Under the pieces are notes generated by a model. It was not told the DNA's origin. It ran no database searches and worked only from the letters and a program-made list of their open reading frames with translations. This document shows, one piece after another, positions 37,081 to 46,008 of a stretch of 64,000 nt of DNA (its first letter is position 1; every line of letters starts with the position of its first letter). A program made the translations under genes and the position numbers. This stretch comes from Alphaproteobacteria bacterium. GTDB taxonomy: Bacteria; Pseudomonadota; Alphaproteobacteria; Rs-D84. The DNA lies in assembly GCA_017520675.1 (NCBI GenBank), contig JAFXFG010000031.1, positions 574-64,573 on the forward strand, in the 5' to 3' direction.

Positions 37081-37997
37081 TGTTCTAGTCCTTGGGATAC
37101 GGTGGTTGTTTCTGTTATTGTTATTTGTGTGTCTGGTGCAACTGAATTTGTGCCTTGTGAAAATATAAATATTGTTGCGACAAGTAAAACTATATTTGCA
37201 ATAATTGCAAAGTTTGTGTATGCACCGGTGATTTTTTTTGTGAATTTCTGGGCGCCAATTTGCAGTGCCCATATTCCAAATACTAGGGCAAATGTTGTTA
37301 ACAGTAATGTCGAATTAAAATTGAAAAATAAATCAAGAAATATGCTGATTAAAATAAATGATATTATGCAGTTTGATAGTGTAGAGGTTGCCCATTTTGT
37401 GAATTTTTTATACCATTTTAATTGTGTCTTTGTATTTGTTTTTTCTTTGTTGGTAGGCGCTAGGATATAACCTGGAATCCATAATGCGGCAAACCCAAAT
37501 GGCATAGTTAAAAATATCTTGTATGTAGGTATCTTAAAACTGCGTATGCGGCAGAATTTAGCGTATATATTAGAAATCCTTAGTCCGATAAGTGTTAGTA
37601 AGAATATTGAAAATATTGTTAAAAATATTAGTGATATTATGCTGATGTTTGATTGTGCAAATAGTATGTTGTTTATGTTTTGACTGGCATAATCAAAAAA
37701 TACAAATGCAGATAAAATTGTGCCTGTAAAATACAGGATTGTTTGTGCATTATGTATCATAATGAATGATGTTCTGTCCATGTTGTGCTTTGGTAATTTC
37801 TTTATTAGTTTGTATAAGCAGAATATAAAAGAAAAACTTGTTATAATTGTAAGCATAATTGGCGAAAGAAGCGTTCCAAAGACAGCACAAAAAATGCTGT
37901 ATAAAAACATAAGTATGCATGTTAGCCCAAAAAATAGACAAGAAAATTTTAATGGTTGCCAAAGTGTCCATGTGGATAAATTTTGATTGGTGTTCAT
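37077..37997 (-). CDS. Hypothetical polytopic membrane protein
   Basis: 306-aa ORF with about 8 hydrophobic helices. Coupled to the AI-2E gene. Confidence 0.45.
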   Translation of the reverse strand: MNTNQNLSTWTLWQPLKFSCLFFGLTCILMFLYSIFCAVFGTLLSPIMLTIITSFSFIFCLYKLIKKLPKHNMDRTSFIMIHNAQTILYFTGTILSAFVFFDYASQNINNILFAQSNISIISLIFLTIFSIFLLTLIGLRISNIYAKFCRIRSFKIPTYKIFLTMPFGFAALWIPGYILAPTNKEKTNTKTQLKWYKKFTKWATSTLSNCIISFILISIFLDLFFNFNSTLLLTTFALVFGIWALQIGAQKFTKKITGAYTNFAIIANIVLLVATIFIFSQGTNSVAPDTQITITETTTVSQGLEQ

Positions 37998-38020
37998 TTT
38001 TTTAGTCCTTTTGTTTCTTG

Positions 38021-38698
38021 TTATTTTATCACAATTTTGCCGGCAGATAAAGTTGTTGTATCAGTCGGTGAAATCAGGTCTGTAAATGCGGGTTGATGAC
38101 TGATAAATAAAAATGTAGTTTCTGGCATAGATTTAATTGTTTCTGCAATTAGTTGTTGTGTTGTTGAATCTGCGCCTGAATCAGGTTCGTCAAGTATGGC
38201 AAGTTTTGGTTCTGTCATTAATAGTTGTAATAGCATTAGACGCTTGCGTTCGCCACCAGAAAAGCCGACATTCATTCCGCGATTAAGCCATTCACGTGGG
38301 ATGTTTAGTTTTGTTCTGTTGTTTTCTAACTTTTCTAGGAATTCACCCATCGATAAATCGTGGCCTGTGCGAAAGTGCGTGTGCGCAATACATGAATGTT
38401 TTAGAAAACTGAGTACTGATAAACCTGGGATTTCAGGTACATTTTGTGCACCAAGAAAAATACCAAGAAGGGCGCGCTTGGTCGCATTATCGTCTGTGAT
38501 GTCGATATTGTTAAAAATAATTTTTCCTGATTTTATTGTATAGTCGCTGTCGCCGGCGATTGTGCGTACCAGACTGGATTTGCCAGAACCGTTGTGGCCT
38601 GATAATAAATGGCGTGCGCCTGTCTTGATGGTCAGGTTTATATTGTGTAATAATTCAGTATCTTTGTAGTTCACAAATAGATTCTCGATAATCAGCAT
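38021..38698 (-). CDS. sufC: Fe-S cluster assembly ATPase SufC
   Basis: Walker A GHNGSGKSS, an ABC signature and Walker B ILDEPDSG. Confidence 0.85.
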   Translation of the reverse strand: MLIIENLFVNYKDTELLHNINLTIKTGARHLLSGHNGSGKSSLVRTIAGDSDYTIKSGKIIFNNIDITDDNATKRALLGIFLGAQNVPEIPGLSVLSFLKHSCIAHTHFRTGHDLSMGEFLEKLENNRTKLNIPREWLNRGMNVGFSGGERKRLMLLQLLMTEPKLAILDEPDSGADSTTQQLIAETIKSMPETTFLFISHQPAFTDLISPTDTTTLSAGKIVIK

Positions 38699-38701
38699 CT
38701 G

Positions 38702-40030
38702 TTAGTCCTTTGATAGTGCCATTTGAATTAGTTGTTTTGATTCAACCAAAAATTCCATAGGTAGTCGCGATAAAACCGGGGTTGCAGCCGCGCCAATAAT
38801 TAATGCAATTGCTGTGTCGGTTTCAATGCCTGCCATATTTAGATAGGTTAGGGTGGCGGTGTCGATGGCGCCTGTGGTAGCCTCGTGCGAGATTTGGTTG
38901 TTGTCGCCACTGTGTATGACACGTGGCAAGGTGTTGGCGGTTGCGGTGTTGCCGATAAGTCTGCTGTCGCATTTAGAAGCGCAGGTGCAATTGTTCCCTG
39001 AAAAAGATATAAGACTGCGAAATGTTTGAACAGATGAATCGGTTGCAACACCATAAGAAACTATGTTTGAGATGCTGTTGTCGCCAATGTGTATCATCTT
39101 GGTTCCTGTGTCGGCCATTTGACCATCGCGGGTTATAGATAGTGAATAAAAGTCGCTGTATGAATTTTTGCCTGATAATATTGTAGACGGGTATTTCCAT
39201 GTAAGGGCAGAGCCTATTTCCATTTGAGTCCAGAGTAGTTTTGCATTGTCGGCGCAACGACCGCGCTTGGTAACAAAGTTTAATATGCCACCAGTGTTTC
39301 TTTTGCCATCGTATTTTCCAGAGTACCAGTTTTGGACTGTTGCGTACTTAACTGTTGCGTCTGCGTTGACAATGATTTCTACGACACCGCTGTGAAGTTG
39401 GTGGTTTGGACGACGGGGGGCGCTGCAACCCTCCATATATGTTAGTTCTGCGCCAGTGTCTGCGATGATTAGGGTGCGTTCAAATTGACCAATTTTTGCG
39501 GTTTCTATTCTAAAATAACTGGCTAAATCAATTGGGCACTTAGTGTTAGGTGGAATGTATACAAATGTGCCATCGGAAAATACTGCTGCATTTAGGGCGG
39601 CATAGTAATTATCTGTGCTGGGTACAACAGTGCCAAGGTGTTTTTTGACAAGGTCTGGGTGTTTTTGTACGGCATCAGAAAATGGTAAAAATATTATGCC
39701 ATGTTTTTCTAGTTCTGATTGATAAGATGTGTGAACAGAGCGACTGTCAATTACAGTGTCGGTCGCCATACCTAATAACGCTTGTTTTTCACTGGGGGGC
39801 AGACCCATCTTGTCATATATTTGTTCTAGGTCTGAATTGTCGATTGGAGTGGGGGCGTTATAATAATTTAGGTCGTCATAATCTATATCGGGTATGTCCA
39901 ATTCGGCCCAGGTTGGTGGTTGCATATTTTGCCAGAACTTAAATGCGGATAGACGCCATTGAAGTAACCAGTCTGGTTCGTGGCGTGCGTTGGATATTTC
40001 GCGAATAAGTTTGTCTGATAATTTTGGCAT
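38702..40030 (-). CDS. sufB: SufB/SufD-family Fe-S cluster scaffold protein (gene order suggests SufB)
   Basis: A SufBD beta-helix-type region lies upstream of sufC. I cannot separate B from D by eye. Confidence 0.6.
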   Translation of the reverse strand: MPKLSDKLIREISNARHEPDWLLQWRLSAFKFWQNMQPPTWAELDIPDIDYDDLNYYNAPTPIDNSDLEQIYDKMGLPPSEKQALLGMATDTVIDSRSVHTSYQSELEKHGIIFLPFSDAVQKHPDLVKKHLGTVVPSTDNYYAALNAAVFSDGTFVYIPPNTKCPIDLASYFRIETAKIGQFERTLIIADTGAELTYMEGCSAPRRPNHQLHSGVVEIIVNADATVKYATVQNWYSGKYDGKRNTGGILNFVTKRGRCADNAKLLWTQMEIGSALTWKYPSTILSGKNSYSDFYSLSITRDGQMADTGTKMIHIGDNSISNIVSYGVATDSSVQTFRSLISFSGNNCTCASKCDSRLIGNTATANTLPRVIHSGDNNQISHEATTGAIDTATLTYLNMAGIETDTAIALIIGAAATPVLSRLPMEFLVESKQLIQMALSKD

Positions 40031-40035
40031 TGTTA

Positions 40036-40578
40036 TTAATCTGTTTGATTTGCAAGTTGTTTTGCCTGTGCAAAAAAGGTTAGCGATTGTCCCAGCAGAC
40101 CGTCTGTAAATGTTGATGCCAATAACCCGTCCGTTTCGGTGGTGTTTAAGTGGTGCAGAAAATTGTCTGCGCGACGGATGTAATTGTCAATATTACGAAG
40201 AACCTCAGAGTCTAGTTTTATTGCACGACGCAATTTTTCAAGCGCAAAGGGATTCTTGGCGTATTCGTCCATTATGCCCCCAAGGGCGCGCCATAGTGCA
40301 TGCTCGGGCGTGTTGCGTGGCATTATGTCAATGGATGCCATAATTGGAATAAGATTTTGCAACAGGTCTTGGTATATCATTTCTGCGTGTTCTGCAACAG
40401 CGTTGGTCGCAGATTTGTTCTTTAGAATAGATTGGATTTTGACCAATAAGTTGTATTGGTGTTCAAGCGTCTTGTTCAGGTTGGTTGTGCATGCGTCCAG
40501 TTTGCGGATGTATATAAACAGACCAATTATTGATATTGTTATTAAAGTAAGTAAAACCAGTATGATGGTTGTTTGCAT
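40036..40578 (-). CDS. lemA: LemA-family membrane protein
   Basis: N-terminal TM helix and a LemA-like helical domain (QYNLLV..Q..L.). Confidence 0.6.
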   Translation of the reverse strand: MQTTIILVLLTLITISIIGLFIYIRKLDACTTNLNKTLEHQYNLLVKIQSILKNKSATNAVAEHAEMIYQDLLQNLIPIMASIDIMPRNTPEHALWRALGGIMDEYAKNPFALEKLRRAIKLDSEVLRNIDNYIRRADNFLHHLNTTETDGLLASTFTDGLLGQSLTFFAQAKQLANQTD

Positions 40579-40750
40579 GACTGTGTCCTTAGGCTTCGCT
40601 GTTTTTGAAATTTAATGACAGTATAACATAATTTTATCGATTCGCAGAATTTTATCTTTTTTAGTTTTTTATAGCCTGTTTTTAGGTCTTGCACAGATTC
40701 GGTCAAATTGTTATAATAATTATTAAAGAAGGAAGTAAAGGAAGGTCTGT

Positions 40751-41959
40751 ATGTTCCGTAAGATATTGATTTTTGCGATGTTTGCAACTGCCGCGGGGTA
40801 TTGTTTCGCATCTGATGATTTGCAACAAATTGTAACCTCAGAGGTTTTTTATGATAACGAAGTTGTCCCGTACGAGGATACTGTTGTTGTGCAGGAACAG
40901 ATTCCAACATGGCCTTTGATTGGGTCAGAGGCGGATGTTGAGGTCGGTTGTGAGGGAAATCCAAAGGTTAAACGACAGGATGATAATATTCGCATTGTGT
41001 CAAAGGTTGGTGATGATTTAGTTGTTGAAAATAACTTTAATATTGGGGCACGTGGTGAATTTACAGGCTGGTCTGGTGGTGCGAATATGTTGCATGGTAC
41101 GCAGATTCCTGTTGGTTTTGATGATGAGTGTTTGTCTAATACGGAAATGCCATTATTGCATCGCGAGGTTTTAGAAGACGATGGTGGAAATGTTTTGGCT
41201 GTGTCGCGCAGTGGACGCAAGGTGTGTGGTAGTGCAGATGCTTATAACGCGTTTTCGCTAAGGAATAATATGAATTTTAATGCGAAAAAAGGAACTGATG
41301 TTAAAAAAGCGGTTTTGGATAATGGAAACGCAGTTGTTTCTTCTGATGGAAGTAATGTAGTTATTTCTATGGCTGATGGTAATGTGGTTGTGTCTGAAAG
41401 TGGTGCGGTTTCTGCAAATGGAACAAGTCAAATTACACAGGATGGTGGTGATGTTGTCGCAACATCTGCAGATGGCAGTGTTACTGTATCCGTTGCAGAA
41501 AATGGTAGAATTGTTGTTACTTCCTATGAAAGTGAGGTTGTGGTAGAAGAGGGGACTATTGTTGCGGTTAGTGGTAATAGCGAGGTTTTAGAAGAAGAAA
41601 CAGAGAATTATGCAAGTGCGTCTGATGCCTTGGCAAATGTGCCAGAGGAAGAAATTGCAGTGGATGTTTCTGCAGATGCTGAGGCGCCAAAAGTATTGAA
41701 AGATCAGGTGCGTTCTTGGGTTGTTGTAAATGGGCAGACATTAAGAGAGGTCTTGCAATCGTGGGCGGATAAAGAAGGTTGGGATTTGGTTTGGACAACC
41801 GCGCGCGAATATCCAATTGAGGCAAGCGCAGTATTTAAAGGACGCTTTGTTGATGTAGCGTCGGCTTTGGTTCGTAATTTTGGACGTGCAACACCTGTAC
41901 CATATGCAAAGTTCTATAAAGGGAATAGGGTTTTGGTGGTTTCTACGGTTGATGAATAG
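40751..41959 (+). CDS. Secreted protein with a beta-rich repeat region and a TcpQ-like C-terminal domain (secretin-associated)
   Basis: Signal peptide MFRKILIFAMFATAAGYCFA and a VV/SG-rich repeat segment. The C-terminus WVVVNGQTLREVLQSWADKEGWDLVWTTAREYPIEASAVFKGRFVDVASALVRNF fits the TcpQ C-terminal/PFL_4695-type pattern. Confidence 0.5.
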   Translation: MFRKILIFAMFATAAGYCFASDDLQQIVTSEVFYDNEVVPYEDTVVVQEQIPTWPLIGSEADVEVGCEGNPKVKRQDDNIRIVSKVGDDLVVENNFNIGARGEFTGWSGGANMLHGTQIPVGFDDECLSNTEMPLLHREVLEDDGGNVLAVSRSGRKVCGSADAYNAFSLRNNMNFNAKKGTDVKKAVLDNGNAVVSSDGSNVVISMADGNVVVSESGAVSANGTSQITQDGGDVVATSADGSVTVSVAENGRIVVTSYESEVVVEEGTIVAVSGNSEVLEEETENYASASDALANVPEEEIAVDVSADAEAPKVLKDQVRSWVVVNGQTLREVLQSWADKEGWDLVWTTAREYPIEASAVFKGRFVDVASALVRNFGRATPVPYAKFYKGNRVLVVSTVDE

Positions 41960-41989
41960 TGATGGGGATGTCTGCTAAGGAGATATATT

Positions 41990-43618
41990 ATGATGAAAAC
42001 ATTAAAGATTTTTGCTGTTTGTGTTTTGGGGGCTGTCGCAGTTGCAGGATGCGCAAAGCGTGAGTCTGCCAAGGTAGCGGCAACCGTTGACCAAGACTTT
42101 GTTAATGCATATGATGCGTTTGAAATGGCAAAAAATCCACGTGCCAAGGTCGCAAGCGGTGATACTGTTTCTGTGTCCGAAGGTGTTTGGTTGGGAAATA
42201 AATCTGTGGTGCTGGAACATCGTAATAATTTGCCTGCGAAGTTCGAAACTGATACTGGGGTAACTATTTTGTTGAATGAGCCTGTTTCATTGCAGGTCTT
42301 GGCAAATGATATTTATTCAATTACGGGAATTCCTGTGAAAATTGATGGTCAGGTTTCGTATGATAAACTTAGAAATCAGGTTAATGTTGCATATACAGGA
42401 AAGTTGTCTGGGTTGTTATCTCAGGTCGCGACTGATTTAGATTTGTTGTGGTACTATGATAAGAATTCAATTGTGTTCTATGAAACGGAAACGCGTACAT
42501 TTACTTTGTATGCCTTGGGGACAGAGGTTGCATATCAAACATCTGTTTCGACAGATAATTCTAATGAGGTTTCATTGCAGTCTACATTGAAGGAATGGGA
42601 CGAGGTTGAAAATGCTATTTCGTCTATCTTGGGAAAAAGTAGTAATGCCGATTTTACCGTTTCGCGCAGTCTGGGGACAATTACAGTAACTGCATCGCCA
42701 TCTGTGTTGGCGCGTGTTGGTGAATATATCGAAAGACAGAATAAACGGTTAAGTCAATTGGTAACAATTGATGTTAAGGTTTTACAGGTAACTTTGTCTA
42801 ATGATACTGCATTTGGTTTGAATTTGGCAGCGGCGATTAATTCTACATCTGGGTTGAATATTGTTGCAAATCCGAAAAATAATTTGGCTTCGACTGAGGC
42901 AAGCTCTATGAATATTGCGGTGTTATCTAATGCGGTTTCTGCGTTAACTGGTGCCACACATATGGAAGGTGGAACAATGGTAGAAGGTGCATATACACAA
43001 GATCAGATTATGAACGGTTCGTTGTCTGGTGTTGCAGGCAGTGCTGCGTTGATAGAGGCTTTGGCAAAGCAGGGTAAGGTTTCGTTGGTAACAAATGTTG
43101 GTGTAACCACACGTTCGAATCGTGTTGCGCCGGTTAGCAATACACGCACAACTGGCTATATAAAACGATTCGAATCACGAAATTTTACAACGGTTGAATC
43201 AAGTACTGTTGATCAGGATGATTTAGAGACAGGGTTTACAATGCAGTTGTTGCCGAATGTCCTAGAAAATGGAAAAATTTTGTTGCTGTTCCGTATGTCG
43301 GTGCGTGAATTATTGCGTATGTCAACACAGACAATTGGCGAGGTTACTTTGCAGTTGCCAGAGGTTGAAGAACGCAGTTTTATGCAGGAAATTATTATGG
43401 AATCAGGTCAAATGTTAGTATTATCTGGGTTTGAAAAGCAGACAAATGAAGATACACGTTATGGCTTGGGGAATCCAGATTTTATGGCGTTGTCTGGGTC
43501 GCGTGAATCGTCATCTACGCGTGAAGTGTTGGTGGTTATCTTGACACCACAGGTACTGGTTAGCCCAATGGATGTTGAACGTGGAATTCAACAAAATTGG
43601 GGCGCACCATTGAATTAA
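41990..43618 (+). CDS. Lipoprotein secretin (pilus/secretion-type outer-membrane channel; TcpC/PilN-like)
   Basis: Lipobox AVAGC. Secretin C-domain hallmarks: LVTIDVKVLQV, ETGFTMQLLPNV, a Gly-rich LGNPDFMALSG and a terminal REVLVVILTPQVL. Confidence 0.7.
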   Translation: MMKTLKIFAVCVLGAVAVAGCAKRESAKVAATVDQDFVNAYDAFEMAKNPRAKVASGDTVSVSEGVWLGNKSVVLEHRNNLPAKFETDTGVTILLNEPVSLQVLANDIYSITGIPVKIDGQVSYDKLRNQVNVAYTGKLSGLLSQVATDLDLLWYYDKNSIVFYETETRTFTLYALGTEVAYQTSVSTDNSNEVSLQSTLKEWDEVENAISSILGKSSNADFTVSRSLGTITVTASPSVLARVGEYIERQNKRLSQLVTIDVKVLQVTLSNDTAFGLNLAAAINSTSGLNIVANPKNNLASTEASSMNIAVLSNAVSALTGATHMEGGTMVEGAYTQDQIMNGSLSGVAGSAALIEALAKQGKVSLVTNVGVTTRSNRVAPVSNTRTTGYIKRFESRNFTTVESSTVDQDDLETGFTMQLLPNVLENGKILLLFRMSVRELLRMSTQTIGEVTLQLPEVEERSFMQEIIMESGQMLVLSGFEKQTNEDTRYGLGNPDFMALSGSRESSSTREVLVVILTPQVLVSPMDVERGIQQNWGAPLN

Positions 43619-43642
43619 ATAAAAGAAAGGAGGGCATATAAG

Positions 43643-43993
43643 ATGTTAATGAAAAAATTATTTATTGTTTCTGGGATAATGATGGGCAGTGTGGCGGCCT
43701 ATGCCAATATCCCCAGTTCTGAATATATGGGACAGAAAATTGCGGAACATGCAAATAATGTGCAAAATCCACATTCAGTTACCAAGGCGCAGATTGGATT
43801 GGGAAATGTAGAAAATCTTAATCAGACAAATGCGGATAATTTGACAAGTGGTACGGTTTCCTTTGCGCGTCTGCCGGTTGGAACATCGGAAAATACGGTT
43901 GCAGCGGGTGATGATGTTCGATTTAATACAATTGCAACCGCACAACCAAATGGTACACCACCATCTGGTTCTGTTTTTGTGTGGTTTGAATAG
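43643..43993 (+). CDS. Small secreted protein (116 aa) encoded after the secretin gene
   Basis: Signal peptide MLMKKLFIVSGIMMGSVAAYA and RBS AAGGAGG. It contains SGTVSFARLPVGTSENTVAAGDD, reminiscent of phage tail-fibre motifs (tentative). Confidence 0.5.
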   Translation: MLMKKLFIVSGIMMGSVAAYANIPSSEYMGQKIAEHANNVQNPHSVTKAQIGLGNVENLNQTNADNLTSGTVSFARLPVGTSENTVAAGDDVRFNTIATAQPNGTPPSGSVFVWFE

Positions 43994-43997
43994 TTAA

Positions 43998-44028
43998 GTG
44001 CGCGCGGATAATGCGCGCTTTTTTTGTT
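43998..44028 (+). terminator. Rho-independent terminator
   Basis: GCGCGCGGATAATGCGCGC followed by TTTTTTT. Confidence 0.75.
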
Positions 44029-44037
44029 GTGCTTTCA

Positions 44038-44070
44038 TAAAAAAATTCCCCAATCGGGGAATTTTTTATT
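44038..44070 (-). terminator. Rho-independent terminator downstream of rpsT
   Basis: AATTCCCCAATCGGGGAATT flanked by A and T runs. Confidence 0.7.
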
Positions 44071-44075
44071 CTTTA

Positions 44076-44336
44076 TTAAGCCATTTTGGAAACTTTCTTG
44101 GCCAAACGCGAAATCTTGCGGGCAGCACGCTTTTTTGGCATTACTTTGCCGGCAGCCTTCATGATTTTGCTCTCTGCATTGCGGGTGGCAACGATTGCAA
44201 CATCTTTGTCACCAGATGTAATGGCAACAATTGCTTTCTTGGTCGCTGTCTTAACCGCACTGCGACGGGCAGTGTTTATTGCGTTCTTTTTGGCCGAAAC
44301 CAAAATTCTTTTTTTAGATGACTTATGATTCGCCAC
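44076..44336 (-). CDS. rpsT: 30S ribosomal protein S20
   Basis: MANHKSSKKRI...ARRSAVKTA..KA is the typical S20 sequence. Confidence 0.9.
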   Translation of the reverse strand: MANHKSSKKRILVSAKKNAINTARRSAVKTATKKAIVAITSGDKDVAIVATRNAESKIMKAAGKVMPKKRAARKISRLAKKVSKMA

Positions 44337-44409
44337 GTTATTTTCCTTTTATTTTTGATTTGATTTTGATATTTTATAAGAAACAAATATAAAATCAAGG
44401 AAAAATAAC

Positions 44410-44997
44410 ATGATCTATTTAATTGCAATTTTATTTTCTTATTTATTAGGTAGTATTCCAATGGGATTGTTGCTGACCAAGGTCGCAGGTAGGGGCGATT
44501 TAAGAAAGGTCGGCAGTGGTAATATTGGGGCAACTAATGTTATGCGTGTCGGTGGTTTGCGTATGGCAGGGTTGGTGTGGTTGCTGGATATGTTGAAGGC
44601 AATTGTGGCGGTCTTGATTGGAAAATATGTTGCAGGTGGTGCATTTGGTGCATGGTGCGGATTTGTCGCAATTGTGGGACATTGTTATCCAATATGGTTG
44701 CGGTTTAAGGGCGGAAAAGGAATTTCTTCGTTGTTTGGGGTAATGTTGGCTATGTCGCCATTGGTGTTTGCAATTTGTGGAATTGAATGGTTGCTGGTCG
44801 CGTTGTATTCTGGTATTTCGTCTTTGGGGGCAACAGTTGTGTTTTGCCTTATACCTGTGTTTGGATTTGTGATGGGGGGCGGTATCGGTTGGCCTTTTCT
44901 GGCAATTGGGCTGTTGTGTATGTCGCGACATCGCGAAAATATCAAACGACTAATTACAAAAAACGAATCGAAAATAGAGTGGAAATGGAAAAAGTAA
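44410..44997 (+). CDS. plsY: Glycerol-3-phosphate acyltransferase PlsY
   Basis: GSGNIGATN motif and five TM helices. Confidence 0.85.
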   Translation: MIYLIAILFSYLLGSIPMGLLLTKVAGRGDLRKVGSGNIGATNVMRVGGLRMAGLVWLLDMLKAIVAVLIGKYVAGGAFGAWCGFVAIVGHCYPIWLRFKGGKGISSLFGVMLAMSPLVFAICGIEWLLVALYSGISSLGATVVFCLIPVFGFVMGGGIGWPFLAIGLLCMSRHRENIKRLITKNESKIEWKWKK

Positions 44998-45059
44998 GTC
45001 TTTTGTCTTTATTTTTGGCGCTTTTTGTGGTATAATGCCCAATAATGAGGAAAGAGAAT

Positions 45060-45923
45060 ATGAAAAAATCATTTCTTTTGTTTTTCGGTATGTTTTGTTT
45101 GTTTGTTTCTGATGCAGGTGCTGCAAGGCCGTCTATGTCAGAGAAAATGATGGCTGCACCAAGGGCAGGGGTGGCATCTAAAAATCAGATTTCTGCCGCT
45201 GCAACATTAACCGCAGACGAGGCTGTTGTTAGTAAAGCAAGTCTTAAAGCGGGTGATGTGAATGCTAATTTAGAAATTAATCCTGATGAAATGCTGTCTG
45301 TTAAAAAGAATATGCGTGAAAAGGAAAGATTGGCTTGCATTAGCAATAATATCGGTATAAGTAATACTTTTGTTTGGGCATCACGATATAGTGATTCTTC
45401 TAGTTATGTGTCAATGGTTGAAGATGTTGAAGAGCCTGAGAATAATACTTGTTTCGTAAAGACTGCGTTGAAGTCAAATGATCCAAAAATTAATGTTTCA
45501 AATGTGCCGACAAGGTATTTTGAAATGGGGCAGGTGGTTACTTGTGGCGAATGGGCAGATTATGAGGCTTTGAAGCAACAGATATTGGATGCAAAAAAGA
45601 AGGGGCGTACGCTGGGGACTATTGCTGCGGTTGTCGGTGGGGCAGGTGTTGGTGTCGGCGCGATGGAATTGTTTGGAAACAAGGTAATCGGTGGTAAGGT
45701 CGAGGGGCAATATAATGAAAATTTGTCTGATGCACAATTGTTGCGTTCGCAATTGTTGACTTTGCAAAAGGAAGATGCAGCGAAATATAATGAATTTACA
45801 ACAAAGTTGGGACAGTTAAGAAAAAAGTGTACTGAGTTTGAAACCTCTTATAAAAATCAAACAGAACCGGCAGACTGCACTAAGTATAAGGATGTGTTTC
45901 CTTTGCTGGATTCGATGAAATAG
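45060..45923 (+). CDS. Secreted protein; short paralog of the giant Cys-rich protein, sharing its N- and C-terminal modules
   Basis: Signal peptide plus ARP...GVAS, and a C-terminal YFEMGQVVTCGEW...GGAGVGVGAMELFGNKVIGGKVEG aligning with YFALGDTFTCGSW...LGTGGAFLGNKIADGKIGG of the 49933-53175 protein. RBS GAGGAAAG. Confidence 0.6.
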   Translation: MKKSFLLFFGMFCLFVSDAGAARPSMSEKMMAAPRAGVASKNQISAAATLTADEAVVSKASLKAGDVNANLEINPDEMLSVKKNMREKERLACISNNIGISNTFVWASRYSDSSSYVSMVEDVEEPENNTCFVKTALKSNDPKINVSNVPTRYFEMGQVVTCGEWADYEALKQQILDAKKKGRTLGTIAAVVGGAGVGVGAMELFGNKVIGGKVEGQYNENLSDAQLLRSQLLTLQKEDAAKYNEFTTKLGQLRKKCTEFETSYKNQTEPADCTKYKDVFPLLDSMK

Positions 45924-45935
45924 TTTTTGAAATAA

Positions 45936-45963
45936 TTCAACCTGCTGTGGCAGGTTTTTTTAT
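45936..45963 (+). terminator. Rho-independent terminator
   Basis: ACCTGCTGTGGCAGGT followed by TTTTTTT. Confidence 0.75.
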
Positions 45964-46008
45964 CTGGATATTGTGCTTTATTTAATTAGAAGGGTTTTAT
46001 ATTATATG

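Noticed and set aside
38702-40030. Firm assignment of this gene as SufB versus SufD
   Set aside because: Its length (442 aa) is closer to SufD, but its position upstream of sufC suggests SufB. This cannot be resolved without alignment, so it is reported as SufB/SufD family.
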